DNA from: Paramecium tetraurelia | Lineage: Eukaryota | Assembly (NCBI GenBank): GCA_000165425.1 | Contig: CT868655.1 | Location: 62,001 to 126,000 of the forward strand | Direction of reading: 5' to 3' | DNA length: 64,000 nucleotides | Made by a program: the position numbers and the translations under genes | The notes under the pieces: model-generated | What the model saw: only the letters and a program-made list of their open reading frames with translations | Database searches by the model: none | What the model was told of the DNA's origin: nothing | Shown here: one piece after another, positions 17,833 through 31,346 of the stretch | How positions within the stretch are numbered: the stretch's first letter is position 1 | How the letters are laid out: the number at the start of each line of letters is the position of its first letter

Positions 17833-18238
17833 CATTAATAATTCAAAATGATCATTAATTTCTCTTTGGCTTTTTCCAATAATGGGTGAGTGTCATTGTT
17901 AAATGCATCCAACACAAGAATATCTTATTCCAACTAATGTTTTGAGAATCGTAAATATTCAAGGCTATTTTCAGGGAGTAGAAGAACTATATAAATTAAC
18001 CTAATAATTTAGTAGTGTTCTTGTGGAACTGAATGGTTCCTTACAAACCTCTATGTAAACTGATTTGCTCTCTCGAAAAGCATATTAATAATGAGACTAA
18101 CATTTTGTTCTAAATTATTTATGGTCTTTGTTCTCATTTTTTAATATTGAGTCACGCACCCAATAATTTATTTGCATTAAACCTATTAATTAAAGAATTA
18201 TTATCAAATGAATTCTTTCATAAAAATTAATAAATTTT

Positions 18239-19569
18239 ATGATTAAATACTTGTTTGTTTTAATATTACTTTATTTGACTTAAGCCAAGAGAATCAAGCA
18301 AAGCTATGTCATTAAATAGCTGAAAGATTGGCATTACATCTCTAAATTCGGAGCTGAAACAGGCGAAGTCTTCTATTCACTGACGTATCAAGAATTACTA
18401 AATATTAGCTTCCGCATCATTAATGCTGAAGAAAATGATGAGCGAACGATTCCGATCTCGTATGAGTTATATTTAGATGAGGAATGGCAAAATGCTATTG
18501 AGAAGAGTGAATGTGATGTAAAGATTAATTCTTATAAAATCAGAGAAATGGTGTTGCAAGGAGAAAGGAGACCATTTGGGTTTCTGTTTAAAATGGATTT
18601 GAATTCAAAGGAAGTCTAACAGCAAAAGTTAGAGCACATTTGTGGTATTTTGCATTTAGTGATTGTGAAAAATAATTAAGAAATTCATTTCCAGTTGAAA
18701 ATAAAGTTAAGTTAGAAGTGGAATTACACATAACAAATGTTGGTGGCACTGAATTTACATTAGAATAGTTTGGAATTTTGCAAATTATAGGTGTAATAGC
18801 CTTGATTGATGTAATAATGCTTATTTATAACGGGATTCAAATTCTAGAAAAATAAAGAAAGTATGAAGAATTTAGTTTGCCATTGTTTTTATTGGTTATT
18901 ACTTTATTATTGGAAACATTTTCATATTGTTTTTTAACCATTCATTTATGGATATATAGTGAGAATGGTGCTGGATCATTATTATTATAAGTGTTGTCTG
19001 TTATTTTTTAAGTGGCATCTCAATTTTCATTGACAATGATTTTAGTCATGTTGTCATGGGGATGGTAAATCAACTTTAGTAAATTCGATAATTTTGAATT
19101 ATTTTTACCAATTTCAATCTTAATAGGGTTCTTCCAAATTACAATTGTTGGAGTCAGTTTCATTGATTATGATTCATATTTTAAGGATCACTCATACGAA
19201 GGCTGGGTTGGATGGTTGGCTGCTCTGATTTACATAGGGGAACTCATTTATTTTACGAATGGCTTAGTTGACACTTACAACAAGTAGAATACAAAAATAT
19301 AATAATTTATTTTATTATTGGGTTTGTATGGTGGAGTGTATTTCATTAGTTTCCCAGTGTTGTAGACTGTAAATTTGGTATATATGATCATTAATATTCT
19401 TTAGTTTACAGCTAGGTATGTGAGATATAAAGTGATGGAAATCGGAACAATGTTATTCAGGACTTCTGCGATTTTGTTGCTTACTAGATTGTTTACTTCA
19501 AAAAAATCGATATTTGCTCAGATTTCAATAGAAAACAAGAGTTTCTTGGATAGGAATAAGGATGAGTGA
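18239..19569 (+). CDS. GPR180/TMEM145-family 7TM protein (intimal thickness-related receptor family)
   Basis: Signal peptide MIKYLFVLILLYLTQA, WHYISKFG, WYFAFSDC, GGTEFTLEQFGILQI, several TM helices, DHSYEGWVG. Confidence 0.8.
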
Positions 19570-19616
19570 GAGTAATGTATATCTGTTTATTTATTAATTT
19601 TATTAATTTTGTAAAG

Positions 19617-21591
19617 ATGAGTAAAGAGAAAAAGATTGAGGCATCCATGTTAACATTTTTTGTATAGGAATTGAACTAGAACTTTTGGGAACAGACCTAA
19701 ACAACTGAATTAGATGTAATGATTTTCATAACTTTAAGTCGTAAGAATTCTTGATTGAACATGAATTTGTTAGAGAGGCCATGAAGGAAGTGAAAGTCAA
19801 ACATACCTTGCTTGTGTTGGGAGAGGAGTATTTGTATAAGATCTCTCCGAAATAAAATTTGAAGCGAGTTCCCTTAAATATATTGCATTTCGATACGATC
19901 CCAAAATTACCAGGAAGATCATATTTTGCAACTCAATTCTGAAAATTAATTATAAGGATTCAAATTAACGTATGCAAGCAAGATACTTCAAGTTTTTACA
20001 TCAAATTCTGTTGTTTATTTGTAATGGTAAGCCATTTTAAAACGTAAATGTCTACTCTCTTCCTTCCATGAAACATATCACGTTGAGAAAATGATAGGCA
20101 AGGGCAGTTTTGCTAAGGTATATTTGGCCACTTCAAATGGATAATCATATGCTATTAAAGCATTTAGTAAGCAATTCATAAATGAATAACCGAAGGTACA
20201 CTCTGATTTTTAAAGTAGGGTAGGGAAAGTCTCCTTAATGAGATGTAAGTGATGAGAGCCATAAAACATCCCAATATTGTGTAATTGGTGGAAGTGCATG
20301 AAACGCAAAATTCGATATATTTTGTTTTAGATTTAGTTGTTGGAGGGGAATTGCTCTAGAGAGTGAAAGAGAAAGGTAAATACATGTGATTATCTAAGGA
20401 CTACTGAAATCTGATGATCTAATTAAAATTGCATTTAATTTACTCAGTGCCCTAGATCATTTACACCAAAAGAAAATATTCCATCGAGATTTGAAACCCG
20501 AGAATCTCCTTTTTAAATCGAAAGATGACAATTACAATATCATGATCGCAGACTTTGGTTTGGCAGCCTTCTCTGATCAGGAATTAATATTTAAGAGGTG
20601 TGGAACTCCAGGTTTTGTTGCTCCTGAAATTCTACTTTATATTGACGGAGGACCAATTTATGATACCAAGTGTGACATTTTCAGTGCTGGTGTAATCCTG
20701 TACATATTAATTGTATAATCTATCAAATTAATAATTAGACTGGTAAACAACCATTTCCTGGCCAAGATCAAAAGGCCATTTTAAAGGCTAATAAGGCTTG
20801 TTAGGTAGATTTCGGATTGCCAGCCTTTTTGAAGACTCCAATTGAATTTTAGGATTTAGTAAAAAAGATGTTGTCAAGCAAAATCAGTGATAGGCCAACT
20901 GCATAAGATGTAAGTATTGTTATGTATTCTATCAAGTGCTTAAAACACAAGTTTTTTGCTAAAATATCTTAACAATTAAAGCAAGATTAATAAGATTTGG
21001 AAGAATAATAACAATATGTAATGAACAATCTAGCCAATTATGACATAGAATATACAATTGGGTTAAAGAACAATACTTAGAAGTAAAATATAATTAAATT
21101 AGTTCGGAGGATTTAGTAGGATCACAGTAATTACAATGGCGAAAACCAGCTTATAATGGTAATGTTTAGACTGTGGAAACCTTAACTAACTGTTCCACAG
21201 TTTCGATCAAATAAATTGATGCTTAATCTTCATCTTAGTTCTAATAACAAAAATAACCTCAATAATCTAAATTCAGTATTTTCAGTGCTAAATTATCAAG
21301 ACAAAATAGCTTTGATGGAGGAACTGGTATTATATATAGATCTACGTAGATATGTTCAAAGATTGTGCATCTCCAGGTAGAAGTAAGATTTCAAAAGAGA
21401 AGGATTTACATAAGATTGCATTGAAGAACTCTTTTCGATTTTGTTAAAAGCCATAATTGTAGGTGGAAGATAATCAAATCAATTAAGAACAATCAGAAGT
21501 AAGTGAATTGATCAAAAGACACAATTCTAGTGAATTGATAAAAATGAATCGTACTGATCATGAAATTTAATCTCCTAAAAAAATCGAATGA
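19617..21591 (+). CDS. CAMK-group Ser/Thr protein kinase
   Basis: IGKGSFAKVY, YAIK, HRDLKPEN, DFGLA, KRCGTPGFVAPE, DIFSAG. Confidence 0.93.
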
Positions 21592-21625
21592 TATAAAATT
21601 ATAAAAACTTATTTAATATTTAAAT

Positions 21626-23069
21626 TCAATAATCTTACATTATATTTTATCTATCCTTTAAGTTTATTTACCCTTTTCCTTTCTCCTTCATTTCCTTTGC
21701 AGTTTTGATCCTCTACTTCACCTCCGCCACAGCTTTCTTCATTCCATTCTCCTCAAAGGTTTTCAAACTCTTCTAAAAATAGCTCAAAGCATCTCGGAAT
21801 TCCTAGACTATGAACAATATTGTGCCTTTGTTAATTTAAATTGATAAATATACCAATAATCTTTTAAGTCTTAGCTACTTACACACTGCCTTCTCCATAT
21901 ACTTTAACTTCTAAATCTTCAGTTTCGTATAGTTCCCCAAGTGCTTCTTAATGTCTCTACTCCTGTAATTAAATTATGGCAATTTATCGTTTGATCTTAA
22001 TGACCTTCTTATCTTAAGCGGTGTATAACTCAATATAGATTTATTTCACTTTCTATAGGCAAGCAATTTGTTCATCAGCCTATTTTAATTTTTCAAAATA
22101 AGTTGATAATTATTAATAAAGTTCTGCAACATATTCAGTTTTATGATAATTAATCTCTACTAACATATCGATGGCACTTGTTTGGCATTGAATTGCATCC
22201 TTCCAATTCTCCTGGCAAGCAAATATCTTGGCTTTCTCAATATAAGAAATAGCGCTCTATTCTGACTTATAACCATATTTGGCTTCTGTAATAGCAAATA
22301 CTTTAGTAATGCATTCTTCACTAGCATCGTAGTCTTTCATCTTTCTATACATTATTAATGATGGATAATTTACGTGTGACAATTAGACATCAAAGTCAAT
22401 GTTTAAATTGAATGTTCAGTTTCGTCTCCATAAATCTAACATTGGGTTTCGTAAGCCTTTTTCAATAAATCCAAGGACTCTTCATAACTATTGATCTCTA
22501 GATAACACTTTCCAAGTAATGTGAGTATAATTGAATTGAAACTCTTGCTTTCTTATTCTTCATTATATAATTTTGCGTTTTTCTTCAAGGCCAATGTTAG
22601 ATGATCGATAGCTTACTCGTAACATTTATAATTTAGATATGCTTCACCTATATTAGTATGTGCTTTCACCAATTTAAATTACCCTTTGCCATGTGTGAAT
22701 ACCAAAATCTTTGATATAATAAGATTATAATTAATACCTTGGCCAATGCCAATTAGTGCATTCTGATGTTCAATATTTACTCTTCACTCTTATCTTTGGC
22801 GTACTCATCTAGCATCTTCATCTTTTCTTCCAAATCCTCAGATATCTTATCTTAAATTTATTTTTGTTGGTCTGGTTGGTAATTACCATAATTCTTGTCT
22901 TGTTAGTATTTTTCTTTTTATGCTACACAATTATCACAAATATTTATCTACAGTTATCAAATTGATTAGATTCCATCTAATCGTCTTGATTAAATTAATC
23001 ATAATCCTCTTCGTTTTGGTCTTAATCATCCTAGAAATTCCCATCATCATCGTCGTACCCTTCTTGCAT
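21626..23069 (-). CDS. TPR protein, TTC23-like
   Basis: Acidic N-terminus, then LALAKILVFTHGKGNFKLVKAHTNIGEAYLNYKCYEQAIDHL and further TPR helices; resembles TTC23/TTC23L. Confidence 0.7.
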
Positions 23070-23387
23070 GTTTCTGTTATATCTCTTATATATTAAATAT
23101 AATAATTTAAATTAAACTAAAACTCTCATGGTGTTATATTCTACAACATACTGGATTACTTAACTATCTCTATCCCAATCTCCCCTTTGACTACTTTGCC
23201 ATCACTCATCGTCCTTTCTTAGTTCATATTTTTGTTATTTACTTTTGATTTATGATATTTTATTAGCCTCATTAATATTAACAACATTTATCTTATTTTT
23301 GGCAATCAAACCCTAAAATTTCTGATAGGTATTTTTACACATAATGAATAAACCTTTAAATCTTGCTTTAACAATATATTAATAAAT

Positions 23388-23732
23388 ATGATGTAAAATT
23401 TTAGAAATATTATCAATGTACCATCTTAGATAGTTGAAATTACCAAAATCTCTAAAACGAAAGGAGATGTGGAAGAAATGATTTCACCAGAATCTGATCA
23501 AGAAGTCTTATCTTGCTCTACTCCTCAAAGCAATTATATGTAAGGAGAGCATGACTCCAAGACCAAAAGAAAGAAGAAACACATTAGATTTAGCTTCTAA
23601 AATCAAGTTTGTAGTTGCTAGTTAAATTCAAATCGAAATTCCCCTACCGATTCACCTCGTTTGAATTCACCATCAATTCAATCTATTCTCAAGCCTCAAA
23701 GCCTATCAATGTTTTGTTAAAAAAAGAAGTGA
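23388..23732 (+). CDS. Small hypothetical protein (114 aa)
   Basis: Intronless code-6 ORF MMQNFRNIINVP..KKKHIRFSFQNQV..QSILKPQ..KKK-TGA. Contains RVxF-like (KHIRF) and SILK motifs. Confidence 0.7.
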
Positions 23733-24795
23733 ATCTGAATTATTTATGTTTTGAGAAATCTTGGTTAAAAAATAAATCTCTAATTATGTTCACACGAAAA
23801 TAAAAAAACCCAGAATTGTCCACTATATTTATAAACCGACCAGAATCAACCCTTTGCCATGCTTTTTCACAGGCAAAACTCAGTGTGTTTTCTATGCTAA
23901 AAGAAAATTATTATAATTAAAATGTTAATTTAAAATAAAATAATCTTCTTCAATTAAGTTGATCATATTTGTATAATTTCTAATTTTGATATTTCAACTA
24001 TCTCTATCAATTAAAATTAGGCATATCGGGCAAATTTGACTTTGCTAGTCATTTTAACAACTTGGATGATATTTCTAGTCCATAAACGTTTACAAATTCA
24101 CAATTACACAATTATTTGAAATAGAAAACTATATTATTTAATTAATAGCCTTACATTTAATTTTAATGCCCATTATATTCAAGTTAAATTTAGAACAAAA
24201 AGATATTTGGTAATTTATCTTTTGTACTAAGAAAAAGAAAGTAAATGTTTGGCTATTCTGTTAATAATGCTTTCTAAGCAATAACAATTTATCTCTCTAT
24301 CTGTGTAATTGATTTTGAGCCTAAATTAATTGCAATTTTGATTGGAAGAATTCAAAACAAACATTGATATAATATGTGTATGTGCAATAGTTGTAATTTT
24401 AAATTCAAATAATAAATAGGTGCATATGGAAGCAAGTGAAACTGTCTAATTTCACAGGAACTTATTATATAAATTTTATCATTTATATATATAAATTATT
24501 GAATATAGATATGAAGAAATATTTATTATATTATAAATTATAAAACCAAGATAGTCAAATTAATACGATATACAAGAATAAGTCATTAATATTACAATAT
24601 GAGTGTAATTTAAAAATCTCAATTAAAAAAGTAATAAATTTGTATAAATTACTTAACAAGACTAATTAATAATAATATATAAAAATTAAGTATCCTTTAT
24701 CTTCATAATAAAATTCAAGAATGAATTAATTAAACCAGAGTTATCAACTTTAGATAGATAATAGTATAAATATCTAATGATACTTATTATAAAAA

Positions 24796-27700
24796 TCAAA
24801 AAAATTCTAAGTACATTTTCTTTTATAACTGATGTTATCTTGATTTGCCAAACAACTATTCCAAATTCGCAGTAGCATTAACAAAGATACTTCTTGGAGT
24901 AATATTAGAAAGTTTCTTCAATTCCAACATATTAGCATTTTGATTAGCAATATTAAATACCATAAGATCAACTTTATTCTTTTCAAGTACTTATTTCAAC
25001 TTTAAAAACTATTTCTCGGTCATTTTAACATTTACTAATAATAGGTTAGATAATTATTATTACTTTCAGTGAAAATACAAATATATTTATACCTAGTTCT
25101 AAAATCATTTGTTTATATTGGTTATTCTTTATCTGTGATATTGCAATGATCGATTTCGTTTCTAATAAATTTTAAATCATCGTCCTCGGGTTCAGAGTCT
25201 GACTCACTATTTAAATCATATTAACAATCCTCACTAAATAATGATAGTAATTAATCAGATACTTAAAATTTTCATTTTTGATCTTGTCATCTATGTTTTC
25301 TTCAATTAAACTTTACCTTTCATCCTCCTCTGCAACTGTTGGTAATTGCTTTTTTTGCTTTTCACTAAAATGTTTGCTTTTCTTCTTCTCATAGTCACTA
25401 TCAGTGATGGTAATCTTATGTTCAAAGAAATTCCTAACAGCATATTTTAGCGCTTCCGATATCTTTGATTTTCCTCCTGGAGCGGTGATAGCCATGAACA
25501 ATTGTTTAGTCAATAAATCTTTATAAGTCCCTTTAGGTTACAAAGGGAAAGCTTCATGAAGAGAATTATTGAACCCATACATTCCAATCAAATCTTGAGG
25601 TTGCAGTATATGGAAAATTTTGTTACAAATACTATGAGACAAATTAATCTGCTCTATCTTCATTTCTTTTGAATAATCAATCATGAATACGACCTCGTAG
25701 ATATTGATTGAAATTTGGTTTCTGAATTATTGGATGGGCAGAGGAGAAATATTAAACAGATTTACAATTTTCTCTAGAGCTGTTAAACAGAAATCACGTA
25801 CTTCAGGATCATAGTATTCCCCCATTTCAATGATTTAAGTTAAAATCTCAGCACCAGTTTTGAAGTTCCCTTCAATTAATTCGTATATGGCTTATAGTTG
25901 TGTGATCTTAGAGAGCAAGACTTCTTTGGGTACATTTTTGAACATGTCAACAAAGTTGTAATCCTATTCTGCTTGATTTTATTCTAAAGCAAAGTCCTCA
26001 TTTAGTTTGCTGTAGTAATCTAAGGCCTTCTTTTGAGATATTTTGAAATTACTCAAGTCTCCAATTTAGATATAACACAAGGCCTTTTTAACATGAAGAT
26101 TTAACAATCTAACAACATTGCTTTAAGTGAATTATTATTCCTTTTCTGCTATGGCTTCAAATTCATTAAATAATTTGAGAGTTTCTGGTATGAAAATTTC
26201 ATTCTGCATACAAATTGTGAACATGAATTATGCAAGTTGAAACTGTCTATTTAACAATTTTGCTTTGGCTAATTTTTTCTTCTTCATCAACTCTGTAATC
26301 TTTTCTTCTATCATTTACAATTCTGTCATTCCTCCTGTAGAGAATCTAGAATCTCCTCTTACCCTTTCTTCTTGATCTTGTCTATACTCCTCATCCTTGT
26401 ATCTTTCATCTTATTGTATAATGCTCTCCTTCAAGTCCAATCTCTAACTTATAATACTACTTTAATTATATGAGTGACTGCCTTGATTCCTGGCTCTGTT
26501 TATAGATACATTTGGAGATAGTTAGGCAGATAGATGTGGTGAATTCTCAAATTCTACTGAATTAATTGGTAACATAAGTTATCTACTTTCTGCAAATGAA
26601 ATTCTCTTCTTGTAGATTGGAGTTTGGATAGAATTGGTTTGAATTTAGGTGATTTTATTTTGTGTGCCAGTGTTGAATAATGCAACGTGAGGTAGATTGG
26701 TTTTTTATAATAATAGAGTTGTAGATTAATTTCTAATATGCTATCCTTTTGGTTTATTGACAAGAGATTGTGAGTTTTATTTTAATTAACTGTTTACCCT
26801 TTTGTTTTTGCTATCCCCCTTCTTTACTTGCACGCTTATCCAATTGATTTTCATTTATTCCTTAAATCTTTAGGCCAATCCTTTCAATCTTAATTTGAAA
26901 TTTTGATACAGATTTGGTTCTTACAATGCTGCCTGCATACTTAAACACCATTTTTTAAGTTCCTTGATTTCTATCAACTCTAATTTTGCTATATAGATGG
27001 CTTCTTCCATTTCATTTATGGCTTCAAATACTCTGCCTCCCTTCATATGCAAGATCCCAATATTATTGGCACATATTCCAACTGCACTCATGTTTCCTAT
27101 CTCTTTCTTGTAAAAGTCCTTTGCTCTACTTAATTCCATCAAAGCCAAGGCATCAGAATGTTTAAAATTAGAATACTTCTGATTGGAATATTTGATGGTT
27201 GTAACAAAAATGTTCATGGTTTGAAATAGGGATTTAATCTCAAAGGAATTGAAATAATCCTAATAATTAATCAATACTTCCTCCTGATCCATGTTTTAGA
27301 TGTCAATACCATTCATAAATTCAGTTAAAACATTGATTGGCTACTCAAATGATTAACCAATTCGAGCAGCTGTGAACCAAACAAATAGAAATATGACTAA
27401 TTTATATTGATGGACAATTACCAACTGATAGTGCAATGATGACAATCAAAACGATAATCTCCAACATCCTAACATTATTTAGTGAAGTGCCTTAATAGAG
27501 TTCTTGAATTAGGGTTTGTTCCTCAAAGTAATGAACCAAGATAAAGGAAGGCAACGTGAAATTGTTTTCATTTGGTTCTATATACACATATCTTCTCCCA
27601 TTTTCAGGAGCTGTAATAACAGACACTTTCTTTGTGGATTAGATATTAATCTTAAAAAATAGCAAATAAAACTTATTAGAACCAAACGAATATGTCAAGG

Positions 27701-28862
27701 ACGTTTAATTTAGAGTTGCATCCTTGACTAATTCTTTAGATTTATCCAATATCAGAGGTGCCATGTTTTCAATCAAGGAATTATAAGAAGATTAGCTGAA
27801 ATCTTTAGTTTTTACTATGTATTTAACAATAGATTCGGAAATAGCCATATTGCTCAAATCTTACGGGGCTAAGGTGGTGAATTAATCATTAATTATGGCA
27901 GTAAACAACTAATGTTCAACCTCCATCTAATTGCTATGCTATTGCTGATGTCTTATTGTCAACTCTTCGAGATATGAATTTGAAATCTTTGCAGTCAAGA
28001 AGCATTACTTCAAGCTATCTTACGAAATGGTTTGCGTTATCGTCAATTACGAGTTTTCTGAGAATTCATCCTTATCTGCATAAGACATTGAAAAGTTTAA
28101 AGTGGAGTCTAACTTAAATCTCTGAGTTGGTAGCCAATCAGCAGTATTAAAATGCTTCAACAAATTTTATTATTTTTTGGTGAATTATGGCATTCTCACA
28201 ACCAGAGAGTCTGTGCAATGAACCATCAAAGAAGTATAGGTGAGGGGATTCAATTTTGATTCATTTTCACTCTCTTAGGAAGTGAGATATTGGTCTTGAG
28301 ACGATGATCTTGTGTTGCTATAAATATATGATTATCCAATACTTTATGATGATATCTGATAGTATAAGCGATTAGGTAATCTTATTAATGAAAAAACTTA
28401 ACATAGGGTCTGTTTTGTGCAAGGATTCCAATTAGGCATAATTAGAATGACTCCAGGCCACGGTGTAGTACTCCTCTGTTTATTGGCCAGATGTAAATGA
28501 ATAAGGGGGTATTTATTTAGTATTCAAATTCCTAGATAATTTCAAGGGGATACCAGGATGAATAGTTTTAAAATTCACCAAAGCAATAATGCCTTAGATG
28601 GGCACTCACACCAAATATTTGATTAAAATAGGCTTAATATTGGATGTATATTTCCTATGATCCAAGTACTAATTACTTGTTATATGATGTTCATTTCTAT
28701 TTATAGCCCATTCAGATGTCTGTTTATGTGGAATTCTAAGAGGGAATCCTAAAAAGTCGGAATACTCACAAAACCAAGCAATCCAACTTGTAGCACTGCT
28801 AACATTAGAATCAAAATTATAGGTATCAATATAACAAGTAATATCTAATTTTTTAGTTCCAT
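24796..28862 (-). CDS. Large receptor-like membrane protein: TM - extracellular domain - TM - HAMP-like - TPR - VWA-like
   Basis: TM1 ILLVILIPIILILMLAVLQVGLLGF; TM2 near 27380-27470; QPINVLTEFM..FEIKSLFQTMN (HAMP-like); GICANNIGILH (TPR); VVFMIDYS..DLIGMYGFN..GKSKISEALKYAV (VWA-like). Confidence 0.75.
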
Positions 28863-29125
28863 AACTCTCTATTAAAAATTAATGTGATATAAAATAATGA
28901 AAATCAAGATATATAAAATTATGAAATTTATATACAATTCGATATGTCACGATAGACAAAAATATCAATTGCATTTGGGAATGTTCTTAAAATAGTAGGT
29001 TTAACGATTATTATCAGGACTATTAAATGGATAATTATCCTCCCAATGTAACGTCATGAAAATAATAACTATTACATAGCAATAATACAAAAGCGAAATC
29101 GAACAGTACAAATAAAAAAACTAAA

Positions 29126-31228
29126 TCATTTATTGCTTGCTCTCACTCTGGATGAAAAAATGATACTACACAATTTTTAAATTGTAATTTCCTTATTATT
29201 TAAATTCAATTGTTTCTGTAAAAGATTATCCGAGTTTCTTTTGCGCTGTTTAAATTGATTCTGTATTTTGTAAAGCTATTCCGCCTTATGCTAGTTGGTT
29301 TTCTGAATCTTCAATGGAGTATCCCTTGAGGAGTAAGTGGGACTGGCGAATAATTGTTTCCACTCTATCTTCTAACTGAGATTGAGAATGGTCTGGATTT
29401 CCAATTGACTTTGAGGTTTCCTTTTGGATTTTGCCGTGCCCCTTACACTATAAACCAGATTCGGAGATTAGAGTCCAGACCTCGAAGCTGTTTAAAGAGG
29501 AGAAGTATTAGCACTTCGAGCTGAAACATAGTTATTCTGAGCACAATTAATGATGGAGCCCTGAGATTAGGATTTAAAATGGTTGCCTTACTTCTTAACC
29601 TAATTCTTTCTCCATTGTTTAATTTTTTCCCTTTTTGAATCCTCCAAAAAGATTTTATCAATCAATTTTTGATTGAAATCTGAATACTTCCTGGTCAGAG
29701 GAGTCTTCGTCTTAGGTTTCTCAGTGTTTATAATTTCATCTGGTTCCTGATTTGACTTATTAACCAAATCACCCAAGAAGTTGAGAGATGATCGAGGAGA
29801 TGATTGATCTTCTTACTTCTATAAAATATATGAATGCATAATTTACTAAGAAGTTTCGAGCTTGGAGATCATACACCACTTGAACGAAGCCTTGATTAGA
29901 AGTGGTCTTCAACATAGTAGCTCCAGCTCTAAGTTGAGGTTATTAGCAATGACGACTGGGTCCAGCCATGGTGATTTCCTTTTTGATTCCCATTTGGATC
30001 AATGGCTTTTTGTTCTTTTTATTAGCTAAAGTACGAGGATTGAGCATTTTGGTTGGTGATTGAGTCAAAACCTTCTGCATCCAAGGATGACCCAGTATTT
30101 GATAAGCTGAATATCTTTCCGATTAGTCGGGATTCAACATATTGGCTACGAGTTCCTTATACTCTTTGCTTAGAATAAGATGAGAGGGGAATGTATAATT
30201 ACACTTTAAGATATTGTCAATAGTTTACTCATCACTTCGAGAAGTGAAAGGCAGATTAGCACAAACAAGAGCATATAAGATTACTCCCAAAGCCCAGATA
30301 TCGATGGCTGGTCGTATTTCAGTCGCTTAACCTCCCACCACCTCAGGAGGCATGTAACTTAATGACCCTCTGTCCACCTTGTCAATTGTGAAGTTGGTGG
30401 AGACTGTAGCAATTCCGAAATCAATGATTTTGATCATTTTCTCAACCTTAGATGTCAATAACACATTTTCTAGTTTGAGATCTCTATGAATGAGACGTTT
30501 ATCGTGACAATATCGAATAGCCTCAGCAATCTAACGAAATATTACTCTAGCCTCTTCTTCAGACAATCCGCCTTTCTCTAATTTAATCAAATTATTGTAC
30601 ACCTTGAATGTATTCAACCAAATCCCCTCCTTGCAGGAATTCCATTATCAAAACAACCTGCATGTTCGGGAGTGTATAACAATTCAATATTTTAATGATA
30701 TTATTGTGTCTGAGATTCTTCATCACTTCTGCCTCTCTAAACACTAAATCAATATCCTCAGCATTCCACAATTTCCCAGAATCTATCAGCTTTATTGCTA
30801 CCTGTTCTCCAGTGACTTTATGTTTTCCCAACATCACCTTCCCAAATCCACCCTCTCCAAGCACTTTCATTATTTGGTAAACACTTATCTGAGAATAAGC
30901 ATCAAAGTCGCTGCCTAAGAAACAAATCGGATACAAATATACTGTCTGATATATAAAGGAGAGTCCCCTCTTTTATATATGGAAGATCCTCTTAAAATAT
31001 CTCAATGCCCTACTAAGTGAACAACCTAAGGCATTGAATTTTCATCTGATAGTAATTCTCAGCCTTCGTTTTGATATCAGCCATGCAAATTTGTCTCTAA
31101 GAGTTTTACAATCAAATTACTTAAAAGAACCTAAACCTTATGATATTTGCATCTGGTTATCCATTTAAGGTTAGCAATAGATATTTGCGCTTCTCTGCTT
31201 GAATAGAATCATTTATTTCAAAATCCAT
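29126..31228 (-). CDS. AMPK/MARK-related (CAMKL) kinase with an N-terminal doublecortin-like segment
   Basis: RLFTQQGIEIFQEDLPYIKEGTLLYISDSSDF precedes LGEGGFGKV, VAIK, HRDLKLEN, DFG, GSLSYMPPE, DIWALG. Confidence 0.9.
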
Positions 31229-31346
31229 AAGTTTTTAATAAATATTATTCTGATGAGACAACAGTGCATTTATTTAAATTATATATTACATCAGAATTGT
31301 CTTCTTTGTCTTAGCTTTTAGTCCCTTCTCTTCTCTCTAGTTATCA

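Noticed and set aside
17632..17950. Minus-strand frame reading ..CVGCIQQ-TGA-HSPIIG..FWGCMTSFPIGEEE, a tempting selenoprotein-like Cys/UGA arrangement
   Set aside because: A second upstream TGA and no start codon in frame, no convincing SECIS downstream, and the GC-richer 3' part is fully explained as the antisense of the telomerase RNA.
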